A DNA stretch of 64,000 nucleotides, from positions 1 to 64,000 of the forward strand of contig JAXLQJ010000011.1 in assembly GCA_046331705.1 (NCBI GenBank). Reading direction: 5' to 3'. Below, piece by piece: positions 40,337 through 50,293 of this stretch. The notes below the pieces were generated by a model, which was not told the DNA's origin, searched no databases, and was given only the letters and a program-made list of their open reading frames with translations. Made by a program: the position numbers and the translations under genes. Numbering within the stretch: the first letter of the stretch is position 1; every line of letters begins with the position of its first letter. Source of the stretch: a bacterium (GTDB taxonomy: Bacteria > JADJOY01).

Positions 40337-41521
40337 ATGGCGTTCACAGGAAGGAGCGGACGCCTGCGACCAGCGGACGCGCGAGGCTTCACCATCGCCG
40401 AGCTGCTCATCGCGCTCGCGCTGACGGGCATCTTGATGGTCACCGTCTACGCCGCGATGGATTCCCAGCGCAACTCGTACGTCGCCGCGGAGCAGATCTC
40501 CGACATCGGGCAGAACCTGCGGGTGGCCGTCGAGTCGGTGACCCGGGAAGTGCGCCTCGCTGGACTGCGCACGGCGGGTGGGCAGCCGGCGATCGTGCAG
40601 GCCGCACCGTTTCAGCTCATCTTCTACGCGGACGTGAACCAGAGCTGCCTCTGCAGCGCCGGTGGCGTCCGGATCGCCGAAGACCAGTGCTGGGGCTATC
40701 CGACCAGCCTCGGCGGCGGGGTGGACGCCGCGCCGGCGGACTGCCGGCTCAAGGCGACCAATCCCATGGGGGACTCACCCAACGACGTGAGCTTCTACGG
40801 CACCACGGTGCCCGCGGCTCCGACGACCTCGCCGAGCCACGCGGAGCTCATCACCTGGACGTTCGATCGACCGAGCGCGACCGCGCCAGGCGATGCGTTC
40901 CCCGGCTTCACGATCACCGCGGCGAGCGAGGCCCAGGTTTCCAACGATTGCACGACAGCGAGCATCAACTCAGCGGATCTCGATCCGCAGCTCTCGGGCA
41001 CCGGCTTCGCGAACCCGCTCTACAACCTCTATCGAGTCGTCCACATGAATCGGACCAGTGCCGTGTCCACGGACAACTCGGCCTCGATCTCCAAGGTGGC
41101 CTCGGGTCTGCGCGGGCCGTGCAAGAGCGACAACAGCACCGACTCCGCCGAGCTCATCGACGAGGTTGGCAACATCTGGCCAGCGTTCTCGTACTGGCTC
41201 GACCGCAACGACGACGGTGAGATCACCAACGACTGCGTCAGCCCGCTTGCGAACACCGAGGATGCGCTCTACGGCGACGCCGACGGCGACTGCAAGTTCA
41301 GCGCAGGGGAGTTCGCGGCGCTGACCGCGGTGCCACAGTCCAGCGTCGCCGCGGCACCCGCCAATCAGGAGATTCTCGAGAACATCATTCGGGTGGACGT
41401 CCATCTCACCGGTGGCGCCCAGGATCGCGCCCGTCAGGGCACGACCGTCGGCGGCACGGCCGTCGATTTCCGCGCGCGGCACCTCGCCTCGAGCGCCGCG
41501 GTGAGGAACCAAGTGCGCTGA
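40337..41521 (+). CDS. pilW: PilW-like minor pilin (copy 2; alternative start 40268)
   Basis: G|FTIAELLIAL; QNLR...REVRLAG; C-terminal VRN. Confidence 0.8.
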   Translation: MAFTGRSGRLRPADARGFTIAELLIALALTGILMVTVYAAMDSQRNSYVAAEQISDIGQNLRVAVESVTREVRLAGLRTAGGQPAIVQAAPFQLIFYADVNQSCLCSAGGVRIAEDQCWGYPTSLGGGVDAAPADCRLKATNPMGDSPNDVSFYGTTVPAAPTTSPSHAELITWTFDRPSATAPGDAFPGFTITAASEAQVSNDCTTASINSADLDPQLSGTGFANPLYNLYRVVHMNRTSAVSTDNSASISKVASGLRGPCKSDNSTDSAELIDEVGNIWPAFSYWLDRNDDGEITNDCVSPLANTEDALYGDADGDCKFSAGEFAALTAVPQSSVAAAPANQEILENIIRVDVHLTGGAQDRARQGTTVGGTAVDFRARHLASSAAVRNQVR

Positions 41522-41576
41522 GAGGGGGCGCGCGGCCACGGGCTCGTGGCGGGCGCAGTCCGAAAGGAGTCCTTGC

Positions 41577-42215
41577 ATGAACCCGGTCGTATCCACGCAC
41601 CGCAAACGCAGCCCGGAACGGGGTATCGCGCTGGTGTTGGTGCTCTTGATCCTGGCCACCACCACCGTCATCGGCATCGGCGCGGTCACGGCATCGATCT
41701 CGGATCTGAGGATCACGGGCAACGAGAATTGCTACAACAAGCTGCTCAACACGGCGGACGTCGGCATCCAGACGGCGCGTCTCGATCTGCAGGCCCTGCA
41801 GGGGCGCGGCGACCGCAAGAACACCACCAACAACGCGTACACGACGAGCCCGCTCACGTTCTGGAACCTGAAGAACTGCGGGAACCTCGATGCCGCGCCG
41901 CAAGCCAGCGACAGCGACGCGAAGTGCTCGTCAGCGACCACCGCCGACGGCATCGTGCAGAGCGCCTCGAGCGTGGGTGGAAGGTTTCAGTACTTCTACG
42001 AGATTCGGTTGCTCAGTCGCGAGTCGAAGCAGGCGCTCATCGCCGGTGAGCAGATCGGCAACACGCAGTCGCACCAGTACGTGACGCACTCGCTGGCGGA
42101 AGGTTGCGGCACGACGGCGAACCTCGAGTCCCGGACGCAGCGAGCGTTCCGGATGATCGGACCGTCGGAGAACGATTACCTCTCCGTCCCGTACGATCCG
42201 AAGTCCGCGGCGTGA
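41577..42215 (+). CDS. pilX: PilX-like minor pilin
   Basis: ERG|IALVLVLLIL without E5; DLRITGN; ADVGI. Confidence 0.82.
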   Translation: MNPVVSTHRKRSPERGIALVLVLLILATTTVIGIGAVTASISDLRITGNENCYNKLLNTADVGIQTARLDLQALQGRGDRKNTTNNAYTTSPLTFWNLKNCGNLDAAPQASDSDAKCSSATTADGIVQSASSVGGRFQYFYEIRLLSRESKQALIAGEQIGNTQSHQYVTHSLAEGCGTTANLESRTQRAFRMIGPSENDYLSVPYDPKSAA

Positions 42216-42283
42216 GGGCTGGCCCGGGGGGGCGGAAGCTCGGCAGTGCTCGGCTCGAACCGAGTCGACGACGGAGGAAACGG

Positions 42284-45200
42284 ATGAATCGCAGTCGACG
42301 GACGCTCTCGCTGGTCACGAGCATGCTGCTGGCGTGCGGCGCCATCGCGCAACGGGCTCACGCTCAACCGGAGTTCGTGCCGGACCTTCAGGCCCAGCAT
42401 CCGATCGCCGTCAGCGGGAACACGACGACCTTCACGCCGAACATCGCGATCGTCGTTGGTCACGATGGCAGCATGATGGAGGACATCGCGACGGGGCGCG
42501 CGCAGTTCCTGGCCGGCGACTTCAACGAAGCGATCCCGACGACCGGTTGCATCGGTGCGGCGTGTGCCTGTACGGGCGGCGCCACGGCGTCGAGTTACGT
42601 GGCCTCGCCGACGCTCTTCAATCCGGCTCTGTTCCGCCTCTACTGCGGCGACTCGTCCGCGACGAGCGCCGCGGATGGTCTCGGACCGCTCCTCGCCGAC
42701 ATTCACAACGTCAATCTCTTCGACAACGCATCCGGCACGGCTGGCGACCAGTACCAGTCGTTCATGCTGCGCAACTTTCCGGACATCGACTTCTCCTCGT
42801 CCGACTCCTGCTTGACCAACAAGTGCAGCGAGGGAACGACCACCGGCGGAGACGCGGTCTATCAGTACGCGGGCACGACGTACGCGGAGGGCACCGATTT
42901 CACGGGTCCAGACGGCAGCGGCGATCTTTGCGCTCGCGCCGGTGTGAACTGTGAGCTGCTGACGGGTCCGGGTGCCGGGGACGGCGTTACCGATCGATCG
43001 GTCTATCCGTGGGATTCCGATCCGACCTATCAGCTCAATGCGCGCTTCAACTACCAGCCCACCGCCGGTGGCGGCACGCCCTTTCATCGGGTCGACGGCG
43101 ACTTTCCATTTCTCGATCCGTTCACCGGATTCGATTTCAACCACCCGATCCGCATGGACGACCCGGGCAGCGCGACCACGCGCTGGCGGAAGAGCAAGTT
43201 GCGCGCGTCGATGTGCGCCGTCGAGGGACTCCTCGGCCTCAACCGTTACCGCCAGCTCGCCGATGGGTCGTTCCTCAACTGCGACCTGGATGATTTGGGA
43301 GATGGGGTCTCGGACGACGCCGACAGCGACGGATACGACGACTTCTACGAAGACAACATCCGAGGCAGCTTCACCACGCCGAGTACCGTGTCGAAGGCGT
43401 CGGTGGGGCTCTACAAGACCTACCAGATCAGCCCGGGGCTTTACCCACCGTTCGACAACGACAACAACTTCACGGAGAACCGGCTGCGTGTCGATCTGCG
43501 CGTCGCGGGCTTCTATCCACCCGGCTCGACCAACCCCGGGAGCGTGAGCTTCGGCTGCAACGCCGCCGGCGACGACGCTTGCGATCGCTCGATCGCTCTC
43601 CTCAGCCCCGACGTCAACCGGAATTTCAGCGACGACAACCGCTGGCACGAGTGCATGGGACTGGGGCGCAACACCCAGTCCGCCGTGGCACTCCACGGGC
43701 CGTTGGCCGACGACGATGCCGCGTTCTCGGCGGCGCTCGACACGCGATTCGGCACCCCGGGCGGTGTCATGTCCCTGTCGGGGATTCTGCGCGACGCGTG
43801 TGGCGACAACGGGGATTGCCCGGGCGCGTCGTCGACGCTGCCCCGGCTCGTTCCCAACACCGGCATCTTTGGCGCGGACTCGAACAGCTGCGGAAGCTCG
43901 AACGCGCTGGTCGTCATCACCGATAGCGCGGACTCCTGTGCTGCCGCGTCGTGCGGCGTCAAGGTCTCTCCCGAGGACATACCGACGTCGATCGGCGAGC
44001 GGCTCCCTGGCTATCCGAGCACTCCTGCTCAGCCGTTTCCGGCGAACGCCACCGAGTCCAAGACGTGTCCCGAGAACATCGCTACCGCGATGCGTGCGTC
44101 CAGCGTGGAGGCGAAAACCTACATCGTCGGCCTGGATGCCGACTGGGACGCCGCCACCAAGCAGGCCATGGCCAAGGTTGCGGCCGCGGGCGGAACGAAC
44201 AGCTACTACAGCGCGCGGAGCTTCTCGGACGTGCAGAATGCGCTGCGCGCCATCTTCAACGACGTCAAGTTCAGCGCAGACGCGGTCATTCCCGCGGGTG
44301 TGCTAGCGCTGGGCATCGCACGCTCGGATGCCACCGGACTCAAGGACGTCGTCATCGACGCGCGCTACAAGCCGCAGAACTGGCAAGGCTTCCTGTTCGC
44401 GCGCAGCATCACGCAGTCCGGTCAGCCGCTCGCATTCTGGGAGGCGGGCTCGCTGCTCGCGGCGCGGGATCTCTCGTTGGCGGCGCAGGCGCGCAACACG
44501 TTCGTCACGATGGACACCGATTGCAGCGGGCAGATCAAAGGCAGTGACGAGCTGGTCGTCCTGGGAACCTCGAACCTCGATCTGACCTCGGCTGGCGGGT
44601 ACTACAACTCGACGCGCCACCCGACTTGCACGGGTACGCCGCGCACCTCGCTGACCAACGTTCACACGACCGGCGCGCCGTTCTTCCTCGACGGCCCGAC
44701 GGGCACCAATCGCGACGGCAGCGCGCTCGCGATGATCGGCTACACGATCGGCCTGACGCCGACGCAGATCGCCGCGATACCGAGCGTCGGAACGGTGCCG
44801 AGTTATCGCAGCCGCGACTTCGATGGGGACGGGACGACGGGAAACAGCGTGTGGCGACTCTACGACTCGGTGAACTCGAGCCCCGTGATCGTCGGCCCGT
44901 CGCTCTCGATCCAACCGAACGATGCCGACGCCGACGCCGATGGGCTCAGCGATTTCGAGGAGTACCAGGCTCAGATTCTCGATCGCCCACGTGTGGCCTA
45001 CATCGGCACCAACGGCGGGTCGCTGCACGCCTTCAACGTGGACGGCGATACCTCGATCCAGGTGAACGGGGCCGTCGTCAACGCCGCCAGCGCCAAGGCC
45101 GGTGGTGAGCTCTTTGCGGTCTGGCCGTACGAGATCCTGAACCGTCTCAAGCGATACGCCAACAGTCGCTACGGGACGGTGACCGGCTCGCACACGTATC

Positions 45201-46906
45201 CGGTTCACGAGGACGGGCTGGACCTCACGGCGCGCATCTTCGACGCGAAGATCTACCCCAACACCGAAGGCGCGCCGCTCTTCGGCTGGCGCACCGTGCT
45301 GGTGATCGGGTTCCGCAACGGTGGCCATGGATACGTGGCGTTCGACGTCACCGATCCGTCGGAGTCCATCGGCATTCAGGACCTCAACTCCGCGGGTTCG
45401 TTGGTCGCGTACAAATATCCCACCCTGATGTGGGAGTACGACGAGTTCAAGGACGATGGCCACGACGCCGTCGGCAACCCCGTCGTCGCGGACGCCACGC
45501 AATGCGACGACCTGGCGGAACGGCAGACCAACGCGGGGTGCGAGGACAATGGCTTGGACGACGACGTCGTCGACCGTCAGGGGCATACCTGGTCCATCCC
45601 GTTCGTGACGCGGTCGCGTTCGGGTGCAGGCAACCCGGCGATGTACGTCCTCTCGGGACCGGGCACGGTGGACCACACCGCCAGCCCGTCGAGTGGAGCC
45701 GGATACCTGCTGGCGATCGATCTTCCCTCGGGCCAGCTTCTCGACCTCGACAGCACGTCTGCGAACGGTCTTCCGCTACAGGTGGCGGACCCCGCCATCA
45801 CCACCGGGCCCAATGCCGGTCCGGTCTGCATCGGCGGCAGTGGCGTGTCGTGCAGCGGTGGCCAGTTCATCGCGCCGTTCCGCACCAGCATCGTGGGTGC
45901 GGACATCACCACCGCCGACGATGCCACCTATTCCGGACAGCGCGCGGACGTTCTCTACTGGGGCGATCTCGGCGGACGGCTCTGGCGCGCCCGGCTCGCG
46001 AACCCCGCGACCAACGACGTCGAAGCCAAGGTCGTCTTCTTCCCGGGTGCGGACGCGGACACCGTCGATACCGCACATCCCATCGTGAGTCGGCCGTCGC
46101 TGACTCCCGCCAGAAACCAGACGCTGCTCGGGAATCCTCCGCCCATCTGGGTGGAGTTCGGCGATGGGAGCCTGGCGTTCGGCGCCAAGGATGTGACCGA
46201 GCAGGTCTATCCCGTCGACGAGGTCGCTTCGAACGCCAAGTTCCGAATCTTCTCGATCGTCGACGACGCTTCCACGGGCACCGCCCAGTACTTCGACTTC
46301 GCCGACGAGACGAACTGCGACGACGGCACTGGGGCGATCGATTCGGCCGGCGACGACCCGACCGGCAATTCGGGCGGGGACCTCGACAACCGGACCGTGG
46401 CGTCGTCGACGTACCCCTCGATCACGGATCGGCAGGAGCCGGCGTCCGGGACCCACCCGCCTACCCGGACCGGCGGCTACTATCAATGCCTCGCCAACGA
46501 CGCGGGCGCGGGCATCCCTGGCGCGCTCGGCAGCGAACGGATCCTCGGGTCGCCAGCCATTCTGGCTGGCACGGTATTCGTCGAGACCATGCGTCCCGTG
46601 GACCCGAGCTCGGTCTCGAACGTCTGCTACAACGTCGGAGCTGGATCGATCCTGGTCTTCGACTACGATACGGGTCGCCTGATCAACTTCAAGCTCAAGG
46701 GTGGCATGACCCAGGTCGGCTCCGGGAAGTACTACATCGCCCCCGAGAACCCCGTGGCCGTGGCCAACACCCCCGGCTACAAGGCGCTCGGCGCGCCGCC
46801 AGACGGTTTCCCGCCAGACTTCCTGCGCTACCACGCGATCACCGGCGTCGAGCCCCCGGCACCGCAGATCCCGATGGAGACGCTCTACTGGCGCGAGCCG
46901 TTCTGA
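42284..46906 (+). CDS. pilY1: PilY1/PilC-family pilus tip adhesin (1540 aa)
   Basis: GGAGG RBS, signal peptide (AHA|Q), vWA-like segment, propeller motifs NSSPVIVG, YIGTNGGSLHAF, GWRTVLV.G, AFDVTDP, TWSIP, LYWGDLGGRLWR, terminal WRE. Confidence 0.88.
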   Translation: MNRSRRTLSLVTSMLLACGAIAQRAHAQPEFVPDLQAQHPIAVSGNTTTFTPNIAIVVGHDGSMMEDIATGRAQFLAGDFNEAIPTTGCIGAACACTGGATASSYVASPTLFNPALFRLYCGDSSATSAADGLGPLLADIHNVNLFDNASGTAGDQYQSFMLRNFPDIDFSSSDSCLTNKCSEGTTTGGDAVYQYAGTTYAEGTDFTGPDGSGDLCARAGVNCELLTGPGAGDGVTDRSVYPWDSDPTYQLNARFNYQPTAGGGTPFHRVDGDFPFLDPFTGFDFNHPIRMDDPGSATTRWRKSKLRASMCAVEGLLGLNRYRQLADGSFLNCDLDDLGDGVSDDADSDGYDDFYEDNIRGSFTTPSTVSKASVGLYKTYQISPGLYPPFDNDNNFTENRLRVDLRVAGFYPPGSTNPGSVSFGCNAAGDDACDRSIALLSPDVNRNFSDDNRWHECMGLGRNTQSAVALHGPLADDDAAFSAALDTRFGTPGGVMSLSGILRDACGDNGDCPGASSTLPRLVPNTGIFGADSNSCGSSNALVVITDSADSCAAASCGVKVSPEDIPTSIGERLPGYPSTPAQPFPANATESKTCPENIATAMRASSVEAKTYIVGLDADWDAATKQAMAKVAAAGGTNSYYSARSFSDVQNALRAIFNDVKFSADAVIPAGVLALGIARSDATGLKDVVIDARYKPQNWQGFLFARSITQSGQPLAFWEAGSLLAARDLSLAAQARNTFVTMDTDCSGQIKGSDELVVLGTSNLDLTSAGGYYNSTRHPTCTGTPRTSLTNVHTTGAPFFLDGPTGTNRDGSALAMIGYTIGLTPTQIAAIPSVGTVPSYRSRDFDGDGTTGNSVWRLYDSVNSSPVIVGPSLSIQPNDADADADGLSDFEEYQAQILDRPRVAYIGTNGGSLHAFNVDGDTSIQVNGAVVNAASAKAGGELFAVWPYEILNRLKRYANSRYGTVTGSHTYPVHEDGLDLTARIFDAKIYPNTEGAPLFGWRTVLVIGFRNGGHGYVAFDVTDPSESIGIQDLNSAGSLVAYKYPTLMWEYDEFKDDGHDAVGNPVVADATQCDDLAERQTNAGCEDNGLDDDVVDRQGHTWSIPFVTRSRSGAGNPAMYVLSGPGTVDHTASPSSGAGYLLAIDLPSGQLLDLDSTSANGLPLQVADPAITTGPNAGPVCIGGSGVSCSGGQFIAPFRTSIVGADITTADDATYSGQRADVLYWGDLGGRLWRARLANPATNDVEAKVVFFPGADADTVDTAHPIVSRPSLTPARNQTLLGNPPPIWVEFGDGSLAFGAKDVTEQVYPVDEVASNAKFRIFSIVDDASTGTAQYFDFADETNCDDGTGAIDSAGDDPTGNSGGDLDNRTVASSTYPSITDRQEPASGTHPPTRTGGYYQCLANDAGAGIPGALGSERILGSPAILAGTVFVETMRPVDPSSVSNVCYNVGAGSILVFDYDTGRLINFKLKGGMTQVGSGKYYIAPENPVAVANTPGYKALGAPPDGFPPDFLRYHAITGVEPPAPQIPMETLYWREPF

Positions 46907-46956
46907 ACGCGTAACCAACGGCGCCATCTCGGCAGGGGTGGCGTCCCAGTCCGACG

Positions 46957-46986
46957 ACAGGGCCGGCTCTTCGGAGCCGGCCCTGT
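46957..46986 (+). terminator. 13-bp perfect hairpin with cUUCGg loop after pilY1
   Basis: ACAGGGCCGGCTC-TTCG-GAGCCGGCCCTGT; weak U-tract. Confidence 0.65.
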
Positions 46987-47096
46987 TGCGCTCCTGAGCC
47001 GGACGAGTCCCTCGAGATCCGCCCGCTCGCGGCTGGCTCGGTCTCACCGGCGAGGCGGCGCCTCGGGGCGAGGGGGAGAAAAGCGGAAAAAAGTCG

Positions 47097-47126
47097 TTGA
47101 CTTTGCAGAAGGGCGCCTCCTACAAT
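47097..47126 (+). promoter_or_regulatory. Sigma70-type promoter TTGACT-N18-TACAAT for pilMNOPQ
   Basis: Near-consensus hexamers preceded by an A-tract (UP-element-like). Confidence 0.65.
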
Positions 47127-47183
47127 GCCGCCGATCCGATTCCCGGCGGGCCTGCGCGCGGCACCGCACGGAGGTGGCGGTCG

Positions 47184-48245
47184 ATGCTCTTCTCGCGAAA
47201 ATCCAGCCTGTTCGGCCTTGATATCGGCTCATCGGCTATCAAACTGGTTGAGCTTAAGGAAGGTAAGGGCGGGTATGAGCTCGTGAATTTCGGCATGGCC
47301 GCCCTGCCACCCGAGGCAATCGTCGACGGCGCGCTGATCGATGCGACCACCGTCATCGACACCATCGAGGATCTGGTCAAGACGCACCAGGTCAAGGCGA
47401 CCGACGTCGCCACCTCGGTCTCTGGCCACTCGCTCATCATCCGCAAGATCAACCTGCCGGTGATGAGCCAGGAGGAGCTCGAGGAGTCGATTCAGTGGGA
47501 GGCGGAGCAGTACATCCCCTTCGAGATCAGCGACGTGAACTTGGACTTCCAGATCCTGGGGCCGGTCCCGGGCGATCAGACGCAGATGGAAGTGCTGTTG
47601 GTCGCCGCGAAGAAGGAGCTGATCAACGACTACGTCGACGTCATCCGCGAGGCTGGGCTGAGCCCAGTGATCGTCGACGTGGACGCGTTCGCCATCGAGA
47701 ACATGTACGAGATCAACTACCCCGTCGTTCAGGACGAGGTGCTCGCGCTCATCGACATCGGCGCCAGCGTCATGAACATCAACTTCACCAAGGGTGGGGT
47801 GAGCAACTTCACCCGCGACGTGTCGTTCGGCGGTAACCAGTACAACGAAGAGATCCAGAAGAAGCTCAACTTGAGCTACCAGGACGCCGAGGTCGCGAAG
47901 ATCGGGCAAGACGTCGAGGGCGTGAATCAGCGTGACGTCGAGAAGATCATCGCGGGCGTGAACGACGCGCTGATCGGCGAGATCCAGCGCTCGATCCAGT
48001 TCTTCAGCTCGTCCGCCGGCGACGACCGGATCAACAAGGTCGTCCTCTCGGGAGGCTGCTCGCGCGCGCGCGGGCTGGTCCAGGCGATGCAGGACAAGCT
48101 CGGCTTGCCCGTCGAGATCGCCAATCCGTTCAATGCGATCCAGTGTGATTCGGCCAAGTTCGACGCCGAGTATCTGAGCTCGGTCGGCCCCGCAGCGGCA
48201 GTCGCCATCGGGCTGGCGCTGCGCCGCTTGGGCGACAAGCTCTGA
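47184..48245 (+). CDS. pilM: Type IV pilus assembly protein PilM
   Basis: GLDIGSSAIKLVEL, WEAEQYIPF, VDVDAFA, LIDIGA, VLSGG, AIGLALR; GGAGG RBS. Confidence 0.96.
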   Translation: MLFSRKSSLFGLDIGSSAIKLVELKEGKGGYELVNFGMAALPPEAIVDGALIDATTVIDTIEDLVKTHQVKATDVATSVSGHSLIIRKINLPVMSQEELEESIQWEAEQYIPFEISDVNLDFQILGPVPGDQTQMEVLLVAAKKELINDYVDVIREAGLSPVIVDVDAFAIENMYEINYPVVQDEVLALIDIGASVMNINFTKGGVSNFTRDVSFGGNQYNEEIQKKLNLSYQDAEVAKIGQDVEGVNQRDVEKIIAGVNDALIGEIQRSIQFFSSSAGDDRINKVVLSGGCSRARGLVQAMQDKLGLPVEIANPFNAIQCDSAKFDAEYLSSVGPAAAVAIGLALRRLGDKL

Positions 48246-48294
48246 TGGGCTCGCGCGGCACGTCCGCAGTAAATCGAGGCGCGGAGAACGTCCG

Positions 48295-48918
48295 ATGATC
48301 AAGATCAACCTGCTGCCGGCAAAGGCCGTCAAGCGAGACTCGAGAAACCGCGAGTTCGTCATCATCTCGGTCGTGGCGCTCGTGGCCGTTGCAGCCGTCA
48401 TCATCTTCTTGAGCACGGCACAGGCGGCGAAGCTGCAGGCCCGCGAAGATCAGATCACGAAGCTCAAGGGCGAGATCGAGGAGCTTCAGCGCAAGGTCAA
48501 GGAAGTCGACGCCTTCAAGGCGAAGCAGGAGAAGTTGCGCCAGAAGATCGGGATCATCGAGCAGCTGCGGAAGCAGAAGACCGGCCCTGTCCGCGTGCTC
48601 GACGACCTGAGCATGAAGGTCCCGGAAGAGGTCTGGATCATCAAGTATTCGGAGGAAGGTGGGCAGATCCGGATCGTCGGGAACGGAATCGACGACGAGA
48701 GCATCTCCCAGTTCCTGCAGAAGCTCGAGGCTTCGCCCTACTTCAACGGCGTCGAGCTGCTCTTCATCAAGCCGATCGAGATCAACAAGAAGCGCGTCCG
48801 CAACTTCGAGATCACCGCGCACTCGGCGCTCGCGGCTCCGCCGCCGAAGCCCGCGCCGCCGCCACCGCCCAAGAAGCCCGCGGGCGGCGCGCCGAAGGGT
48901 GGCGGTGATGAGGGTTGA
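48295..48918 (+). CDS. pilN: PilN
   Basis: MIKINLLP, TM segment, coiled coil, VPEEVWI, LEASPYF. Confidence 0.95.
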   Translation: MIKINLLPAKAVKRDSRNREFVIISVVALVAVAAVIIFLSTAQAAKLQAREDQITKLKGEIEELQRKVKEVDAFKAKQEKLRQKIGIIEQLRKQKTGPVRVLDDLSMKVPEEVWIIKYSEEGGQIRIVGNGIDDESISQFLQKLEASPYFNGVELLFIKPIEINKKRVRNFEITAHSALAAPPPKPAPPPPPKKPAGGAPKGGGDEG

Positions 48919-48978
48919 GCTGGCGAGGGTCGCGGGTGGCAGTGGCGCGCAGTCGCATCGCGCACTCCGGGGGACGTC

Positions 48979-49560
48979 ATGGCGCTGACGACTGAGACGC
49001 TGATCGAGCTGCCTTTTCAGAAGAAGCTCATCGCCTTGTCGGTGGTGATCGTGGTGATCTTGGGCCTCTACCTCTATCTCGGGTACATGCCGAAGCGCAC
49101 CGAGATCCAGGCGAAGGACGACGAGATCAACAAGCTCACGAACGAGAAGGCGGAGAAGGAGATCATCGCCGCCAACCTGGACGCCTTCAAGCGCGAATAC
49201 GAGAAGCTCGATGCCAAGCTCGCGCAGGCGATCAAGATGTTGCCGAACGAGCGGGAGATCCCGGAGCTGCTCTTCAGCGTCTCCAACCTGGTCGAGCAGT
49301 CGGGGCTCGAGCTCGAGGTGTTCGAGCCCCAGCCCGAGGTGCCGCAGGAGTTCTACGCGGAGGTGCCGGTCTCGATCAACGTGAAGGGCGAGTTCGCGCA
49401 GCTAGCCGTGTTCCTCGACAAGCTCGCCAAGCTGCACCGAATCGTGAACTTCACGGATCTCTCCGTCACCAAGACCGACCAGCAAGCGGGGGGCTTCGTC
49501 GCCCTCGCCGCCAAGGGAAAGATCACGACATACCGATTCCTTCAGGCCGGTGCGGGCTGA
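48979..49560 (+). CDS. pilO: PilO
   Basis: LP..EIPELL, FYAEVPVSI.V.G.F, L.RIVN, TTYRF. Confidence 0.95.
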   Translation: MALTTETLIELPFQKKLIALSVVIVVILGLYLYLGYMPKRTEIQAKDDEINKLTNEKAEKEIIAANLDAFKREYEKLDAKLAQAIKMLPNEREIPELLFSVSNLVEQSGLELEVFEPQPEVPQEFYAEVPVSINVKGEFAQLAVFLDKLAKLHRIVNFTDLSVTKTDQQAGGFVALAAKGKITTYRFLQAGAG

Positions 49561-49623
49561 GGTCACGACGAGGCTTCGTTGGGAGAGCTCAGAAGGAACT
49601 GCTTTCGAGAACGGGTGACGCGC

Positions 49624-50175
49624 ATGGGAATCCACAAAGCGACGTCCGCAGCGATCCTGCTGGTGCTCGTCGGCGCGGCGGCTTGCACGAGCGGAGGCGA
49701 CCAGGCGTCAGAGCCTGCGGCGACTCCCGCGGCGAAGGCGCCCGAGCCGAAGATCGCAGCCGTCGAAGAAGAACAGACTTTCGAGGAATATTCCTACGAT
49801 CCCGGCGGGAAGCGTGATCCATTCCGCCCGCCGCAGGAAATGTTCGAGAACCGCGTCGCCGAGACGGCCATGGCCGAGGCGCCGGTTGGGCCGCCCGCCA
49901 CACCGCTCGAAGAGCTCGACGTCGTCGAGTGGAAGCTGACCGCGGTCATCCAGACGCCTGGGGCCCCGAAGGCGATGGTCGAGGATTCCACCGGGCGCGG
50001 CTACATCATCGAGCTCGGAACCACGATCGGCCGCTGGAAGGGCAAGGTCGCACGGATCGAAGAAGACCGAGTGATCGTGGTCGAGACCTACCGGGATCAG
50101 CGCGGCGGCGAGCGTCGCCAAGAGATCCCGTTGCTGCTGCGGAACCCAGAAGAGAAGGAACAGAAGCAGAGCTGA
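49624..50175 (+). CDS. pilP: PilP lipoprotein
   Basis: Lipobox AAAC, Y.P.GKRDPF, PLE, AMVED..G.GY...G..IG. Confidence 0.93.
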   Translation: MGIHKATSAAILLVLVGAAACTSGGDQASEPAATPAAKAPEPKIAAVEEEQTFEEYSYDPGGKRDPFRPPQEMFENRVAETAMAEAPVGPPATPLEELDVVEWKLTAVIQTPGAPKAMVEDSTGRGYIIELGTTIGRWKGKVARIEEDRVIVVETYRDQRGGERRQEIPLLLRNPEEKEQKQS

Positions 50176-50293
50176 TCAATCGCAAGGGGCGACCTGGAGC
50201 GCGAGCAGATTTTGCCCCCAACTCCCCCAAGATCGATACCCGATGGCGAACCCACCGATCCGGATTGAACAAGTAGGAGAAGGAGAATCTCCC

